Under the pieces are notes generated by a model. That model worked only from the letters and a program-made list of their open reading frames with translations, had not been told where the DNA came from and did not search any database. The translations under genes were made by a program, and so were the position numbers. Of a DNA stretch of 44,553 bases, positions 8,716-20,060 are shown one piece after another. Every line of letters starts with the position of its first letter. The stretch's first letter is position 1. The stretch lies in sequence record SRR20825019_1298; one strand, 5' to 3'.

Positions 8716-10308
8716 TTAGATTACCCGCCTTTTACAGTCTTTCACGATCACAGCCGCTGCGTTATGACCTGGTACGCCGGTTACACCGCCGCCCGGATGA
8801 GCCCCAGAGCCACATAGATAGAGGCCCTTCACCGGCATTCTGTGGTCCGCATGACCCAGCATGGGCCGCGCCGAAAACAGCTGGTTTGGAGTGAGTTGCC
8901 CGTGGAAAATATCCCCGTCGATCAATCCAAACTTTCTCTCAAGGTCCAGCGGTGAGTGAATTTGCCGCGCAATGATGCTCTCCTTGAAGTTTGGAGCATA
9001 TTTGTTGACCGTTTCAATAACGCAGTCCGCTGCCTGTTCGCGGCAGTCATCCCAGGACTTCCCACCCGGCAGGGTTGGAGCAAAATGTTGGCAAAAAAGA
9101 CTAGCGACATGTTTGCCTTCCGGCGCGAGACTATCATCCAGGGTGCTTGGTATGAGCATCTCTACAATTGGTTCCCTGGACCAGCCATATTGCTGAGCGT
9201 CCAAATAAGCTTTTTCCAGATACGCCACACTAGGCCCGATAACAATGCCGGAAGAATGATGCTCTGCCTGACCATCGGACGGCTTGCAGGTAAACCGCGG
9301 CAATTCGTTAAGGGCCACATTCATACGGAAAGTTGCAGAGCCGCTTTTCAGGCCGCGTATGCGCCGCAGAAAGTCATCGGGTACAACGCCGGGGTCGACA
9401 AGCTTGTCGAACAGCAACTTCGGCGCAACATTGGAGGCCACCACGCGGGCTTCGATCTTGGTGCCGTCTTCCAAGACAACACCGCTCGCTTTCCCACCCG
9501 TGGTAATGACCTCACTAACTCCTACCCCGGTTCTTATTGTGACACCGGCCTCTTCCGCAGCTTTACGCATCGCGGCGGTGATAGCGCCCATGCCGCCAAC
9601 CGCATGCCCCCACATGCCCTTCTTGCCATTCACCTCTCCAAAGCAGTGATGAAGCAACACATAGGCTGTTCCAAGAGACTGAGGACCCGCATAGGCACCC
9701 ACGATGCCGTCGAACGCATAAGCCGCCTTGATAATATCGCTTTCAAAATAACGGTCGAGCAAATCACCGCACGACTGCGTAGCCATATCCAGAAGCAACC
9801 GCTGCGCTTCAACGGGTTTCCGAAGAGCAGACAGTCCGAGCGCCCCAGCTTTCAGCAGGTCCGATAGTCCGCCGCCCACATTAGGGGGCGACTTAAGCAA
9901 AAGTGCACGCAATTCATCAGCCACCGCTTCGATATCTGCCTCATACTCCTCAAGCGCTGCTGCGTCTTTTTCCGAGAACTTAGCAAACTCCCGGCGCTTT
10001 TCTTCGCCGTCGACCGGGAACATCAGATACTGGCTATCATTCAGCGGGAAAAAGTTTGAAGCAGCGCGTTCACGCACTTCAAGTCCGTGCCGGTGCAGGT
10101 CAAGATCTGCGATGATTTTGGGGTTTAGAAGACTTACCGTGTATGAGGCCGTTGAGTTCCTGAAGCCTGGGTGGAATTCTTCCGTAACCGCAGCGCCACC
10201 TACGATATCCCGACGCTCCACAATGAGCGTTTTCAACCCGGCTTTCGCCAGATAGTACCCACATGTCAGGCCATTATGGCCACCACCAACAATCACTACA
10301 TCATACAT
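8716..10308 (-). CDS. Phytoene dehydrogenase-like FAD oxidoreductase
   Basis: [55 protein letters not shown]. Confidence 0.9.
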   Translation of the reverse strand: MYDVVIVGGGHNGLTCGYYLAKAGLKTLIVERRDIVGGAAVTEEFHPGFRNSTASYTVSLLNPKIIADLDLHRHGLEVRERAASNFFPLNDSQYLMFPVDGEEKRREFAKFSEKDAAALEEYEADIEAVADELRALLLKSPPNVGGGLSDLLKAGALGLSALRKPVEAQRLLLDMATQSCGDLLDRYFESDIIKAAYAFDGIVGAYAGPQSLGTAYVLLHHCFGEVNGKKGMWGHAVGGMGAITAAMRKAAEEAGVTIRTGVGVSEVITTGGKASGVVLEDGTKIEARVVASNVAPKLLFDKLVDPGVVPDDFLRRIRGLKSGSATFRMNVALNELPRFTCKPSDGQAEHHSSGIVIGPSVAYLEKAYLDAQQYGWSREPIVEMLIPSTLDDSLAPEGKHVASLFCQHFAPTLPGGKSWDDCREQAADCVIETVNKYAPNFKESIIARQIHSPLDLERKFGLIDGDIFHGQLTPNQLFSARPMLGHADHRMPVKGLYLCGSGAHPGGGVTGVPGHNAAAVIVKDCKRRVI

Positions 10309-10456
10309 TAACAAAGTCCCCCAAAAGGCCCGATACACCTTCATATTTTGTTCGGCATGTTGCCGTATCTTCGCTTCACAAGCCAGATGCAATTCGATAC
10401 AAGCGTATGAAAACTAGATAACCTGCATATGCCAGCACGTTAAGAAGGGGCACCAA

Positions 10457-10732
10457 ATGAAGACTGTTTTTGTCATGATCAAATGTGAGCTTGGCCGAAC
10501 CTATGATGTGGCTGCCCACCTTGCCGACAATGTGCCCGAAGTAAGAAGCGTATACTCAACTTCAGGCAACTATGATTTGCTGGCTCAGTTCCAGCTTTCA
10601 CCTGAGCAGGAAATTGGCCGGTTTATTACACAGACCGTACAGGTCGCGCCCGGCGTCAAGGATACCTATACCATCATCGGCCTCAACGCATTCACAGACG
10701 ACAAAAACGTGACCGGGCCAGACGATATCTAA
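10457..10732 (+). CDS. Lrp/AsnC ligand-binding domain protein
   Basis: 91 aa, FVMIKCELG ... VYSTSGNYDLLA ... GVKDTYTII stand-alone RAM-domain pattern. Confidence 0.85.
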   Translation: MKTVFVMIKCELGRTYDVAAHLADNVPEVRSVYSTSGNYDLLAQFQLSPEQEIGRFITQTVQVAPGVKDTYTIIGLNAFTDDKNVTGPDDI

Positions 10733-10750
10733 ACCCTTCCGCAGGGTTTG

Positions 10751-10781
10751 AAAAAAGAGCGCTGTTTTCAGCGCTCTTTTT
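10751..10781. terminator. Bidirectional intrinsic terminator
   Basis: AAAAAAGAGCGCTG-tttt-CAGCGCTCTTTTT between convergent genes. Confidence 0.85.
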
Positions 10782-10789
10782 GGTTTCTG

Positions 10790-12526
10790 TTATTCGGCAG
10801 AAGAATAGACCCGCTGCCCATCGACATAAGTCTCGACAACCGAAATATCGCTGATCGCTGATGGATCAATTTTATAGGGGTCTGCGTCTATCACGATAAA
10901 GTCGGCGCGCTTACCTACCTCGATAGACCCCCTGATACCTTCCTGCCCCATCAAGTATGCGCCACCCATGGTAAGCGCATGAATCATGTCATCAACAGTG
11001 AGGGTTTCCACCTCGTTCCAGGTCTCGCCCTCATCCGTATACGGATCGCGGCGCAGCACAGCTACCTCCATGGAATCAAACGGGTCACTGGTCGAGACGG
11101 GCCAATCACTACCCCAAACCAGCCGTGCACCGGCATTTTTAAAGCTCCGGGCGGGATACAGCCACCGGTGCAGTTTCTCTGCCAGAAACGGCTCCGTCAG
11201 GTCCGTGATGTAAGCATCCCGGTAATGCCAGAGCGACTGCATATCCGCACTCACACCCAGCGGCGCAAAGCGGGCAATATCTTCTGGCTGTACAATTTCC
11301 AAATGCGCGATCTGGTGGCGGCGCGTTCTGTCGCCATTGGTATCTTTAGCGGTTTCAAGCGCATCTAACGCCATTCGCACAGCCCTGTCGCCAATCGCAT
11401 GCATATGAACCTGGAAATCCGACGCTTCAAGCGCGGTCACGTATTTTTTCAACGCTGCCTCACTCAGGTTTGGCTCACCCCTATGGTCCGGCCCAAGTGG
11501 TGCCCCAACGTATGGCTCCAGCATCGCCGCCGTGTGATTTTCAGGCACGCCATCAACAAATATTTTTACCGCTTCGGCGTTAATCCGGCCAGCGGACGCG
11601 GCGCGGTATGTCTCACGGCGTGCCTCAAGGCGGGTGACAGCATCCAGGGCATTCTCTTCGGTGATGTTTGACGTCACCATCTCCTCAGCTGCCAACAGAG
11701 AAATTCGCACCCGCTGTGGCAAATTCTTGTCCGACGCGGCTTTAAGGTAGGCCTCTTCGTTCACGTCGTTCATGATCGCGGCGTCGATGGTGGCGGTAAT
11801 CCCGTTATGCAGTTGGTAACCGATACCCGCACGTAGGTTCTCGCTCACTTGCTCGATGCTTGGTTGCGGTATATAGGCGGCAAAAAGCCCCATGGCTGCC
11901 TCACGGAACGTACCCGTCGGGCTGCCATTATCATCACGCTCGATACGGCCATTCTCTGGGTCCGCCGTCTCGGCAGTCACACCGGCCAGCTCGAGCATCG
12001 CCGTATTTACCCAGCCATTGTGACCATCTGCTGCTGACAGGAATACCGGGCGATCTTTTACAATTTCGTCCAGCAGTTCTTTCTGTGGATTAGCCTCATC
12101 GAAGAGGCTGAGCTCCCACCCTGCACCGACAATAACCGGCAAGTCAGGGTTCGCGTCCGCATATACTTTCACAGCATCGAGCACTGCCTCAGCAGAGGTC
12201 AAGCCAGCCAAACCAAGGCCCAGAATAGTGCCGCCCCCGTCAGGCAAATGAGCGTGACTATCAGTGAACCCTGGGAAGACGATCAACCCATTGAGGTCGC
12301 GCTGTTCGGTGTCTGGGCCAATAAAGCCCGCAACACCCGCCGCGCCACCAACATAAACAATCTCGCCCGCCCGCACAGCAATCGCCTCAGCAACGCTGTT
12401 GCCTTTGTCGACCGTATAAACGGTACCACCGGTCAAGACATAGTCAGCAGGTTTCTCTGCGGAAATTGCAACAGATGACGACAACGCCAAACCAAGCGAT
12501 GCACCATAGGATAAAATACGGTTCAT
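10790..12526 (-). CDS. Exported amidohydrolase (YtcJ-like, Amidohydro_3)
   Basis: Signal peptide; PGFTDSHAH, DGHNGWVN, KIFVDG, HAIGDRAV, GSDWPV, GSIEVGKRADF. Confidence 0.9.
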   Translation of the reverse strand: MNRILSYGASLGLALSSSVAISAEKPADYVLTGGTVYTVDKGNSVAEAIAVRAGEIVYVGGAAGVAGFIGPDTEQRDLNGLIVFPGFTDSHAHLPDGGGTILGLGLAGLTSAEAVLDAVKVYADANPDLPVIVGAGWELSLFDEANPQKELLDEIVKDRPVFLSAADGHNGWVNTAMLELAGVTAETADPENGRIERDDNGSPTGTFREAAMGLFAAYIPQPSIEQVSENLRAGIGYQLHNGITATIDAAIMNDVNEEAYLKAASDKNLPQRVRISLLAAEEMVTSNITEENALDAVTRLEARRETYRAASAGRINAEAVKIFVDGVPENHTAAMLEPYVGAPLGPDHRGEPNLSEAALKKYVTALEASDFQVHMHAIGDRAVRMALDALETAKDTNGDRTRRHQIAHLEIVQPEDIARFAPLGVSADMQSLWHYRDAYITDLTEPFLAEKLHRWLYPARSFKNAGARLVWGSDWPVSTSDPFDSMEVAVLRRDPYTDEGETWNEVETLTVDDMIHALTMGGAYLMGQEGIRGSIEVGKRADFIVIDADPYKIDPSAISDISVVETYVDGQRVYSSAE

Positions 12527-12652
12527 GATTGCTCCCGAATAATGTGATCACATTTAATCGTATCGTGACAAAGAACGCCCAGCCAAGCAAGTAAATAAGT
12601 TTATATGGCCAACGATACCTGTAAATCAGACACGCTGTTTTGTGATCACGAT

Positions 12653-13852
12653 TTAACCTAGGTTAGGCCTCTCTGCATCCACTTTCCCTTGGTGTAGCCG
12701 ACGAAATATCACCACCATCCAGATTAGAAGTACGGCCATGATTACACATCCGATGAAAAGCGGCAGTTCGTGCTGAACAAGGTATAACACGCCCACTATC
12801 AAAGGGCCTAACGAACGCCCAAGCGCCTGCATGGACTGAAACACGCCCATCGTCAGCCCCCTGCCCAGTTCACCACTGTTGTAGGAAGCAACCGCAAGCA
12901 CACTCGTATTATAGATACCGGTGCCCGCACTGATAAAACCAAGGCCAATAAATACGCCCAGCGTGCTAGCCGACAGAGCTAGGATTGCCAATCCCGCCCC
13001 CATCATGCTTACACCCGCAAGCGTCAGCTTTTCTTCGCCAAACCGACGAGCCAGTCGGCCAACCAGCCCGCCCTGAACAACGATAAGGATCACACCAAAA
13101 TAGGAGAACATGACGCCCAGATCTTTTGGCCCCCAACCATGTCGCACGTTCATGAGGTAGGACATGATTGCTTCCATCATCGCGAGCGCGAGCGTGAACA
13201 GGCACATAGCCACCGCGAGCTGCATCAGGGCAGGTTTTTCACTGACCCTTATAAGCGCGGCTACTCGCCCTGTGCCATCGAACTGGGTCTCGCTTTTGTC
13301 TGCGTCTAATGTCTCCCGAAGGAAAACAGCAACGACACATGCGCCAACAAGGCACGCAACCATAGAAAGGCCAGCAGGTGCTGTAATATCAGCAGCTTGA
13401 GCACTGACCCCGCTTAACACTGCGCCAATTGCAGGGCCGACGGTGAAAGCCAGCCCCACACCAGCCCCCATCATGCCCATACCCCTTGCCCTACCCTCAT
13501 TGCCCGTAATATCTGTCACTGCAGCGTAGAGTACCGCCGAGTTGCCCGCACAAGCACCCGCAAGAACGAGCCCTATATGCATATGCACCACACTATCGGC
13601 AAAGAAGGCGATAAAACCATAGGCCGCAGCTGCAAGCGTCAACCCAACAATCAAAACAGGCTTTCGGCCAAGACGATCTGATAATTTACCCCATGACGGA
13701 CCGGTAAGAAACTGAGCAAAACTATAACTCGCCAGGATAGGCGTCGCCCACGCCTCGCTTGCACCCAAATTTTTGAGCACGAACATGATTGAGGGAAGCA
13801 ACATCGCGAAGCTTCCCATCACAACAAAAATAACCAGGAAAAGAATGGGCAT
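12653..13852 (-). CDS. MFS transporter (DHA1/TetA-like)
   Basis: About 12 hydrophobic segments, motif A GKLSDRLGRKPVL, motif C GLAFTVGPAIG. Confidence 0.88.
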   Translation of the reverse strand: MPILFLVIFVVMGSFAMLLPSIMFVLKNLGASEAWATPILASYSFAQFLTGPSWGKLSDRLGRKPVLIVGLTLAAAAYGFIAFFADSVVHMHIGLVLAGACAGNSAVLYAAVTDITGNEGRARGMGMMGAGVGLAFTVGPAIGAVLSGVSAQAADITAPAGLSMVACLVGACVVAVFLRETLDADKSETQFDGTGRVAALIRVSEKPALMQLAVAMCLFTLALAMMEAIMSYLMNVRHGWGPKDLGVMFSYFGVILIVVQGGLVGRLARRFGEEKLTLAGVSMMGAGLAILALSASTLGVFIGLGFISAGTGIYNTSVLAVASYNSGELGRGLTMGVFQSMQALGRSLGPLIVGVLYLVQHELPLFIGCVIMAVLLIWMVVIFRRLHQGKVDAERPNLG

Positions 13853-13939
13853 GAACGTCCTCACCGTTAGAAGCGGAGGACAAGACACCACACCCACGGG
13901 TGGGGCTCAAGACATTTCAAGAAAGACCTTGGTCGTCAA

Positions 13940-16045
13940 TCAATCCTGTGGTGGATCAACATCATCCTCTTTGGGAGGCTCATCAGTGTCCTCTTCTTTC
14001 TTTTCATCCTCAGTCGTATCTAGCCGCCCCTCTTCGATCAAAGCCTGACGAGCTTTTTCCATCTCTGCACGTTTTTTGGCAAGCTCTTCGCGTTTCTTTT
14101 CCTTGTCGGCTTCAGCCTGCAGTTTTTCTTCAGCCTCAAGTTTTTGCCAGGTAACAATGAGGTCCTCCAGATACTGCACAAGGTTCTTGTCACGAACTGC
14201 TAACTTTTTGGCTTTATTCGCCTGCGTAATCGCGGAGGACCGGAAACCAGACAAGGCCATCGCCTCTGCCAGGTCCGTCGCAATGATCGCAGACTCAGGG
14301 ATGATCGCTTCGGCACGCTTCAGGGAGTTTGCGGCGTCACGCCCGTTACCTAGCTCGAGATAAACCCGCCCCAGCATTGCATGCACCTGCGCGTCTTCCA
14401 CGCCAGCATCAGCCAGCTTCATAAGGTCGGCTTTAGCTTTCTCAAATTGCTGGGTCGCCAGATAGGCAAGTGCCCTGTTCTTCAGTGCTGATTGATAATC
14501 CGGATTACTGTTCAACGCTGCGGTGTACCGCTCAATCGCTGCATCAGTATTCCGTTCCCTGAAACGCAATGCTCCAAGGAAATTCAGGCCAACAGCGCTT
14601 TCTGGCTCAAGCTCCAGAATCCTGTTTGCAGTTTCTTCCGCACCGGTCAAGTCGCCGCTCTCCATCTGGATGTTGGCCATAAGCGACAAGCTCTCAACAT
14701 CAGCGCCTTCATCAGCGTAGAGCGAGCGAAGTTGCTTGATAGCACCCTCATTGTCCCCACTTATGAATTGTGTCAACGCCAGACGCTGCCCTATAAGCGC
14801 GATCAGCTCCTCATCTCTCTCATCGCCGGAGCGAGCAACGGTGTTAGCTTGCTCAATATATTTGCGCGCATCCGCAACTTGTCCCATTGAGCCATGCGCT
14901 GCGGCCGCTTGAAGTAAGGCCTCCAGATCTTCCGAGTTATCAGGAAGAAGTGGCTCAAGATACTTCAGTGCCTTCTTGGCTTGCCCCCGCCTAGTCAAGC
15001 ATTCCGCCAGTGCAAGCCGCGTGACCCTGTCAGAGGGCACACGGTCTAAAAAGCGTTCAAGATACGGCTGGGCAGTTGAATATTTTCCAAGCGCAAAAGC
15101 CACATGACCATAGACACGTGCTGCAGGTGGGAAAGCACGGGTGAAGTCACCCGTACGCAGAAGCAGATACTCTGCCTCCTGCGGTTTGCCCTCAATTGCC
15201 AGCATCAAGGCGCTGTAATATTGAGCCATAGGACTGTTGGGTGTCAGTGCGTAAACAGCATCCAGCTGTTTCTGCGCCTGCTCTGTATCCCCAGCCTCTA
15301 TGAAAAGGCTTATAAGTTCAAAATAGGCAAGCAGATTAGCATTATGAAGCTCAACCGCCTTTTGAAGATGCGCTTTGGCATCCTCTGTACGACCCTGATA
15401 CCTGGCAACCGAGCCACGCACGTAGCGTATAATAGGATCATCTTCCACGAGTGCCGCAGCATCTGCCGCGTGTGCCTCGGCTTCTGCAAGCTGCCCTTGG
15501 TTCAGCGCAAGCAGGCCCAACCCAAGATGCCCACGAAAGTCTTCAGGATTTTCTTCGATCGCCTTACGGAAATAGCTCTGGGCGCCCTCAAAGTCTCTTT
15601 CTTCCTGCGCCACGTCACCGCGCAGCAACATAGCCTGATAGCGTTCGTCTCCCTCAAACTCTGCATCATCAAGCTTTTCTTTTGCTTCAGCAGCTTTCCC
15701 CTGAAGCAGATAGGCGCGCGCAAGCTTGAGATTTACCTCCTCGTCCGTTGCTCCGGCTTCGCGGGCTTTCTCGACTGAGACCTCGGCGGCAACACCGTCC
15801 AGCAATGTAAGATATATTTCGCTCTCTAAAAGAAAGTCCTTACTGTCCGCGACTTCCAGTTCGACCTGCCCCTTGATAATGTCCAGAGCCTGTTGATACT
15901 CACCTTCAGTGACCATCTTCTCAACCGCAGCATCATCAAAGCTTGCATAATCAACTTTCTGCTTTTCTTCTTCCTCCGGGTTGCTCCCGCATGCGGATAC
16001 CAAAACGCACCCTGCCAGAACAAAAGTTTGCGAAAATTTAGTCAT
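13940..16045 (-). CDS. Long TPR-repeat lipoprotein, PrsT-like
   Basis: Lipobox VLVSAC, many TPR units, charged C-terminal tail; divergent from PEP-CTERM genes. Confidence 0.7.
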   Translation of the reverse strand: MTKFSQTFVLAGCVLVSACGSNPEEEEKQKVDYASFDDAAVEKMVTEGEYQQALDIIKGQVELEVADSKDFLLESEIYLTLLDGVAAEVSVEKAREAGATDEEVNLKLARAYLLQGKAAEAKEKLDDAEFEGDERYQAMLLRGDVAQEERDFEGAQSYFRKAIEENPEDFRGHLGLGLLALNQGQLAEAEAHAADAAALVEDDPIIRYVRGSVARYQGRTEDAKAHLQKAVELHNANLLAYFELISLFIEAGDTEQAQKQLDAVYALTPNSPMAQYYSALMLAIEGKPQEAEYLLLRTGDFTRAFPPAARVYGHVAFALGKYSTAQPYLERFLDRVPSDRVTRLALAECLTRRGQAKKALKYLEPLLPDNSEDLEALLQAAAAHGSMGQVADARKYIEQANTVARSGDERDEELIALIGQRLALTQFISGDNEGAIKQLRSLYADEGADVESLSLMANIQMESGDLTGAEETANRILELEPESAVGLNFLGALRFRERNTDAAIERYTAALNSNPDYQSALKNRALAYLATQQFEKAKADLMKLADAGVEDAQVHAMLGRVYLELGNGRDAANSLKRAEAIIPESAIIATDLAEAMALSGFRSSAITQANKAKKLAVRDKNLVQYLEDLIVTWQKLEAEEKLQAEADKEKKREELAKKRAEMEKARQALIEEGRLDTTEDEKKEEDTDEPPKEDDVDPPQD

Positions 16046-16433
16046 AGTCCCCCCACAAAAAGCCGACGTCGTAAGCTCAGAGCTTGCCTGTAAAATTTAT
16101 GCTAACACGAAATTTACTCATGTTCAGCATTAACCCTCTATACCACCAACTCATTCCGCTCTAGCGATTATATGATTGTCATATTCAGGCACATTATTAA
16201 TCAGATTGCCCAATTCCTCGACAAATGTTAAGGGTTGTTGTACACAAAGTATGGATTTTACTAAAATTTTACGTGAATATTCCGTTTATTTGAAATATGT
16301 GCAATGTTGCTTGTTATCGGATTGTGGCATTGTTACGCGGGGCAGTATTTCGGATCCCCCGAGGCAGAGCCGTTAGCTATTTGTTAAAAGCAGACGTGCT
16401 ACTGAGATTAAGACGTGCAGGAGATGCATTGGT

Positions 16434-17072
16434 ATGACTGGTATGATGAAAAAAGCTTTAGCAGGTTTGTGCATGACCGCAGGTGCAGTCTGTGCCAGCT
16501 CTGGCGCGCAAGCCACCTATAACTATAACTATTTTGATGTTATGGCTGACGCAGGAACCTACGGCCCAATCTCCTTGGGCGAGGACATCACGCTGGACGC
16601 TTGCGGCTCTACGTTTCATCGTGCCGACGGTAACTCACAAAGTTATTCGCTCTGTGATCTCAGCAACCTCACACAGTTTACACTGACATGGAAAGCCTGG
16701 ACCGGTAACCAATGGACATACCTGGGAACCTATTCCGGCAATTCTGCTGAAGATGGATTGTCCGTGGATGTAAGCACCGGCGCCGGTACATTTTTTAGTG
16801 AAGTTGGTACGTATTACATTGGCCTTTATGCCTATGTGAACAGTGACACCTATGTCGCACTGCCATCTGGCAGCTGGGGCGCCACCGGCAACGATAGCGA
16901 CCTCGCCTATGATGGTTCCACAAACTATAGTTTCGATTGGTCGAGCAGTTTTGCTATTACTGAAGCAGCTTCTGTCCCCGAACCTGCTGCTGCATTCCTG
17001 CTGCTGCCCGGCATCATTCTGATGGCACGCCGTGAGCGCCGTCGGAAACGCCAAGCAACAGTTGCCGTCTAG
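16434..17072 (+). CDS. PEP-CTERM sorting-domain surface protein 1
   Basis: Signal peptide ending GAQA; C-terminal SVPEP + hydrophobic helix + ARRERRRKR basic tail. Confidence 0.9.
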   Translation: MTGMMKKALAGLCMTAGAVCASSGAQATYNYNYFDVMADAGTYGPISLGEDITLDACGSTFHRADGNSQSYSLCDLSNLTQFTLTWKAWTGNQWTYLGTYSGNSAEDGLSVDVSTGAGTFFSEVGTYYIGLYAYVNSDTYVALPSGSWGATGNDSDLAYDGSTNYSFDWSSSFAITEAASVPEPAAAFLLLPGIILMARRERRRKRQATVAV

Positions 17073-17101
17073 CGTCATTGGTCACTTAAAGGATAATTAT
17101 C

Positions 17102-17713
17102 GTGGCCCTAAAGATTTCCCGTGTAATGCCTGCAATCAGTATGCTTGCCGCATTGTTTGTCTCAAACGCAGCGCAAGCAACCTATCCGAACGGCGACGCC
17201 ATAGCGGACGCCGGAACCTATTCACCCATCGTACTCGGTGAAAACATCACCCTGAACGCCTGTGGCTCAACCTTCGCAGGCTATTCCATTTGCAACCTGC
17301 CAAGCACCAACAAGTTTGGCATTGAATGGTTCATCCTGAAAAAGAATGAGCAATACAACTACGACGAATGGTTGAAGCAATATACCTTCCACCAAGGACA
17401 GGTCGCTCCCAACCTTCAGATGACCCTCGCCACAGGTGAAGGCGCTGACGTCTTTATCACGCCTGGCACCTACTTTATTGGGCTTCACCTGATATCTTAC
17501 GGTGACACAATCGCGCTTCCCGGCGGCGGTTACGCACAGGGTGGCGATAGTGACTGGAGCTGGTCTGGCACCTTCACCGTGTCAGAGGGCGGCGGTTCAC
17601 CCGTGACACCACCATCCAGTGTGCCAGAGCCTATGAGTGCCCTCTTGCTTATACCAGGCCTAGCCTTCATGGCTCGCCGGTCCAGACGCAAGACCGCACC
17701 GGCCACAGTCTAG
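17102..17713 (+). CDS. PEP-CTERM sorting-domain surface protein 2 (paralogue)
   Basis: Signal peptide ending AAQA; SVPEPMSALLLIPGLAFMARRSRRK; shares the ADAGTYxPIxLGExITLxACGSTF block with the upstream gene. Confidence 0.9.
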   Translation: MALKISRVMPAISMLAALFVSNAAQATYPNGDAIADAGTYSPIVLGENITLNACGSTFAGYSICNLPSTNKFGIEWFILKKNEQYNYDEWLKQYTFHQGQVAPNLQMTLATGEGADVFITPGTYFIGLHLISYGDTIALPGGGYAQGGDSDWSWSGTFTVSEGGGSPVTPPSSVPEPMSALLLIPGLAFMARRSRRKTAPATV

Positions 17714-17717
17714 GAAC

Positions 17718-17746
17718 AAAAAACGGGGCCATGAAGCCCCGTTTTT
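17718..17746. terminator. Bidirectional intrinsic terminator
   Basis: AAAAAACGGGGC-catgaa-GCCCCGTTTTT. Confidence 0.85.
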
Positions 17747-17767
17747 CTTTGCATCCTGGTGAAGTGA

Positions 17768-18091
17768 TCAGGCTTCACTCATCAATTGTGCTTTAGCCTG
17801 TGCCAGCATCTCTTCCAGATGCTTCTCAACCCTGTGGCGGGAGATATCCGCACCCTTGGCTTCAATGTCTTTCATCACCTTGCGGATCACATCTTCGTCA
17901 CCATCCTCTTCAAGGTCGGCTTTCACAACAGACGCAGCATAGGTTTTCACCTCATCACCCGAAAGACCAAGCTCACCCGCCAGCCATTCACCAAAGAGGC
18001 GGTTGCGACGCGCACGCGCCTTGAACATCATTGCCTCGTCGTGGGCAAACTTGTCTTCAAACGCTTTTTCGCGGCCGTCAAAAGTTGTCAT
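17768..18091 (-). CDS. DUF1476 / zeta-subunit-like ATPase inhibitor family protein
   Basis: [19 protein letters not shown] ... [10 protein letters not shown] ... GDEDVIRKV; usual position divergent from purC. Confidence 0.88.
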   Translation of the reverse strand: MTTFDGREKAFEDKFAHDEAMMFKARARRNRLFGEWLAGELGLSGDEVKTYAASVVKADLEEDGDEDVIRKVMKDIEAKGADISRHRVEKHLEEMLAQAKAQLMSEA

Positions 18092-18301
18092 GACTTTACA
18101 TCCTCCTGTCCGAGTCTCACCCGAGATCCGGTAAAATATCACACTACACCCTTAGATAAAGGTAATTTGGTTGCTCATTTCCATAGCGTAAACAAAACTT
18201 ATTGCAAATTATTACAGAAAGATTGTCGAGAGAGACCTTCTCGGTTATGTTCGCGCCCGCGCAACCCACTGACATCCCTCAAGCTGAGGAAGAGGCAATA
18301 T

Positions 18302-19072
18302 ATGTCCCGCCGCAACAAGCTTTATGAAGGCAAGGCCAAAGTACTTTTCGAAGGGCCCGAGCCAGGAACTATCATTCAATACTTCAAAGATGACGCTACG
18401 GCTTTCAATGCCCAGAAGAAAGGTACTCTTCAAGGCAAAGGCGTGGTGAACAACCATATCTCTGAGTATATTTTCACCGCCCTCACCGATATCGGCATCC
18501 CCAACCATTTTATCGAGCGCCTTTCCATGCGGGAACAACTCGTTAAAGCGGTTGAGATCATCCCGGTTGAGGTTATCGTCCGCAACATCGCGGCAGGCAG
18601 CCTTTCAACCCGTTTGGGTATCGAAGAAGGCACACACCTGCCCCGCCCGCTGATCGAGTTTTGCTACAAGTCAGACGAGCTTGGCGACCCGCTGATCGCG
18701 GAAGAGCATGTGCTGACATTCGGCTGGGCGAACGAACTAGAACTTGAGGAAATGACCCATTATGCGTTCCGCATCAATGATTTCCTCTCCGGTCTGTTTG
18801 CTGGCATCGGTATCAAACTGGTTGACTTCAAGCTGGAATTCGGCCGCCTCTATGAAGGCGAAGAATGCCTGACCATTCTCGCAGATGAGATCAGCCCAGA
18901 CGGCTGCCGCCTGTGGGACATGGAAACCGGCGAGAAGATGGACAAGGACCGCTTCCGGCGTGACCTTGGTGGCGAGATGGAAGCCTATCAGGAAGTCGCG
19001 CGCCGTCTCGGCATCCTGCCGAGTGCCGACATCACCGAAATTGCAGACCATAAAAACAAGGGCCAGAAGTAA
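18302..19072 (+). CDS. purC: SAICAR synthetase
   Basis: [51 protein letters not shown]; start ATG 18302. Confidence 0.97.
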   Translation: MSRRNKLYEGKAKVLFEGPEPGTIIQYFKDDATAFNAQKKGTLQGKGVVNNHISEYIFTALTDIGIPNHFIERLSMREQLVKAVEIIPVEVIVRNIAAGSLSTRLGIEEGTHLPRPLIEFCYKSDELGDPLIAEEHVLTFGWANELELEEMTHYAFRINDFLSGLFAGIGIKLVDFKLEFGRLYEGEECLTILADEISPDGCRLWDMETGEKMDKDRFRRDLGGEMEAYQEVARRLGILPSADITEIADHKNKGQK

Positions 19073-19140
19073 TACTTCTGGTCTGTTTTTATTTCAGACA
19101 GCCTTTCAGGCGAAATTGACTTGAGAAGAAAGTGAGCCCC

Positions 19141-19380
19141 ATGAAAGCCCGCATCCACGTAACCCTCAAAAACGGCGTTCTGGACCCCCAAGGCAAAGCC
19201 ATTGAGCATGCCCTCTCCAATATGGGATTTGGCGGTGTAGATGAAGCCCGCCAAGGCAAATATATCGAGCTGGACCTGAGCGAGACTGATCGCGCGAAAG
19301 CAGAGGCATCCGTTGACGAGATGTGCCGCAAACTGCTGGCGAACACAGTGATCGAAAACTACTCCATCGAGCTGGAGTAA
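19141..19380 (+). CDS. purS: FGAM synthase subunit PurS
   Basis: [15 protein letters not shown] ... RQGK ... [10 protein letters not shown]. Confidence 0.97.
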   Translation: MKARIHVTLKNGVLDPQGKAIEHALSNMGFGGVDEARQGKYIELDLSETDRAKAEASVDEMCRKLLANTVIENYSIELE

Positions 19381-19385
19381 AAATC

Positions 19386-20048
19386 ATGAAATCCGCAGTG
19401 ATTGTTTTTCCCGGCTCAAACTGTGACCGGGATATAGCCGTCGCCCTTGAGAAGATCACAGGGCAGAAACCACTTATGGTCTGGCATCAGGAATATGACT
19501 TCGCCGCCGTTGACTTTATCGCCCTGCCCGGCGGTTTTTCTTACGGTGATTACCTGCGTTGTGGCGCCATGAGCGCGCGCAGCCACGTGATGAAAGAAGT
19601 CGTGAAACGGGCTGAAAGCGGTGTACCAACCTTCGGGGTGTGCAACGGCTTCCAGATCCTCACCGAATGTGGCCTCCTGCCCGGCGCGCTGATGCGCAAC
19701 GCGGGCCTGCATTTTGTGTGCAAGGACGTGAAGATGACGGTCGAGAACGGCGATAGCATGTTCACGAACGCCTACAAGGCCGGCGAAGAAATCATCATTC
19801 CCGTCGCCCACCACGATGGCAACTATTTCGCTGATGATGAAACGCTGGACCGCCTTGAAGGCGAAGGCCAGGTTGCTTTCAAATACGCTGAGGATATCAA
19901 CGGAGCGCAGCGCCGCATCGCAGGCATTCTCAACAGCAAGGGCAACGTGCTTGGTATGATGCCACACCCTGAACGCATGATCGAACCCGCGCTTGGTGGC
20001 TCTGACGGCCGCAAGATGTTCGAATCCGTGATGAACCGGCTAGGCTAA
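19386..20048 (+). CDS. purQ: FGAM synthase glutaminase subunit
   Basis: [38 protein letters not shown]. Confidence 0.97.
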   Translation: MKSAVIVFPGSNCDRDIAVALEKITGQKPLMVWHQEYDFAAVDFIALPGGFSYGDYLRCGAMSARSHVMKEVVKRAESGVPTFGVCNGFQILTECGLLPGALMRNAGLHFVCKDVKMTVENGDSMFTNAYKAGEEIIIPVAHHDGNYFADDETLDRLEGEGQVAFKYAEDINGAQRRIAGILNSKGNVLGMMPHPERMIEPALGGSDGRKMFESVMNRLG

Positions 20049-20060
20049 GGGGCGAGATAA

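Noticed and set aside
8956-9867. Long antisense ORFs (also 15104..15778, 21414..22037, 41967..42674)
   Set aside because: Shadow frames opposite well-supported genes, with no recognisable motifs.
8716-10308. Carotenoid biosynthesis gene crtI
   Set aside because: No crt neighbours; it resembles the broad phytoene-dehydrogenase-like family of unknown substrate.
16325-16340. Sigma-54 promoter for the PEP-CTERM genes (TGGCAT...GC)
   Set aside because: GG-to-GC spacing is 9 nt, not the required 10.
17786-18301. 172-aa N-terminal extension of PurC in the ORF track
   Set aside because: It overlaps the antisense DUF1476 gene; PurC homology and an RBS begin at ATG 18302.
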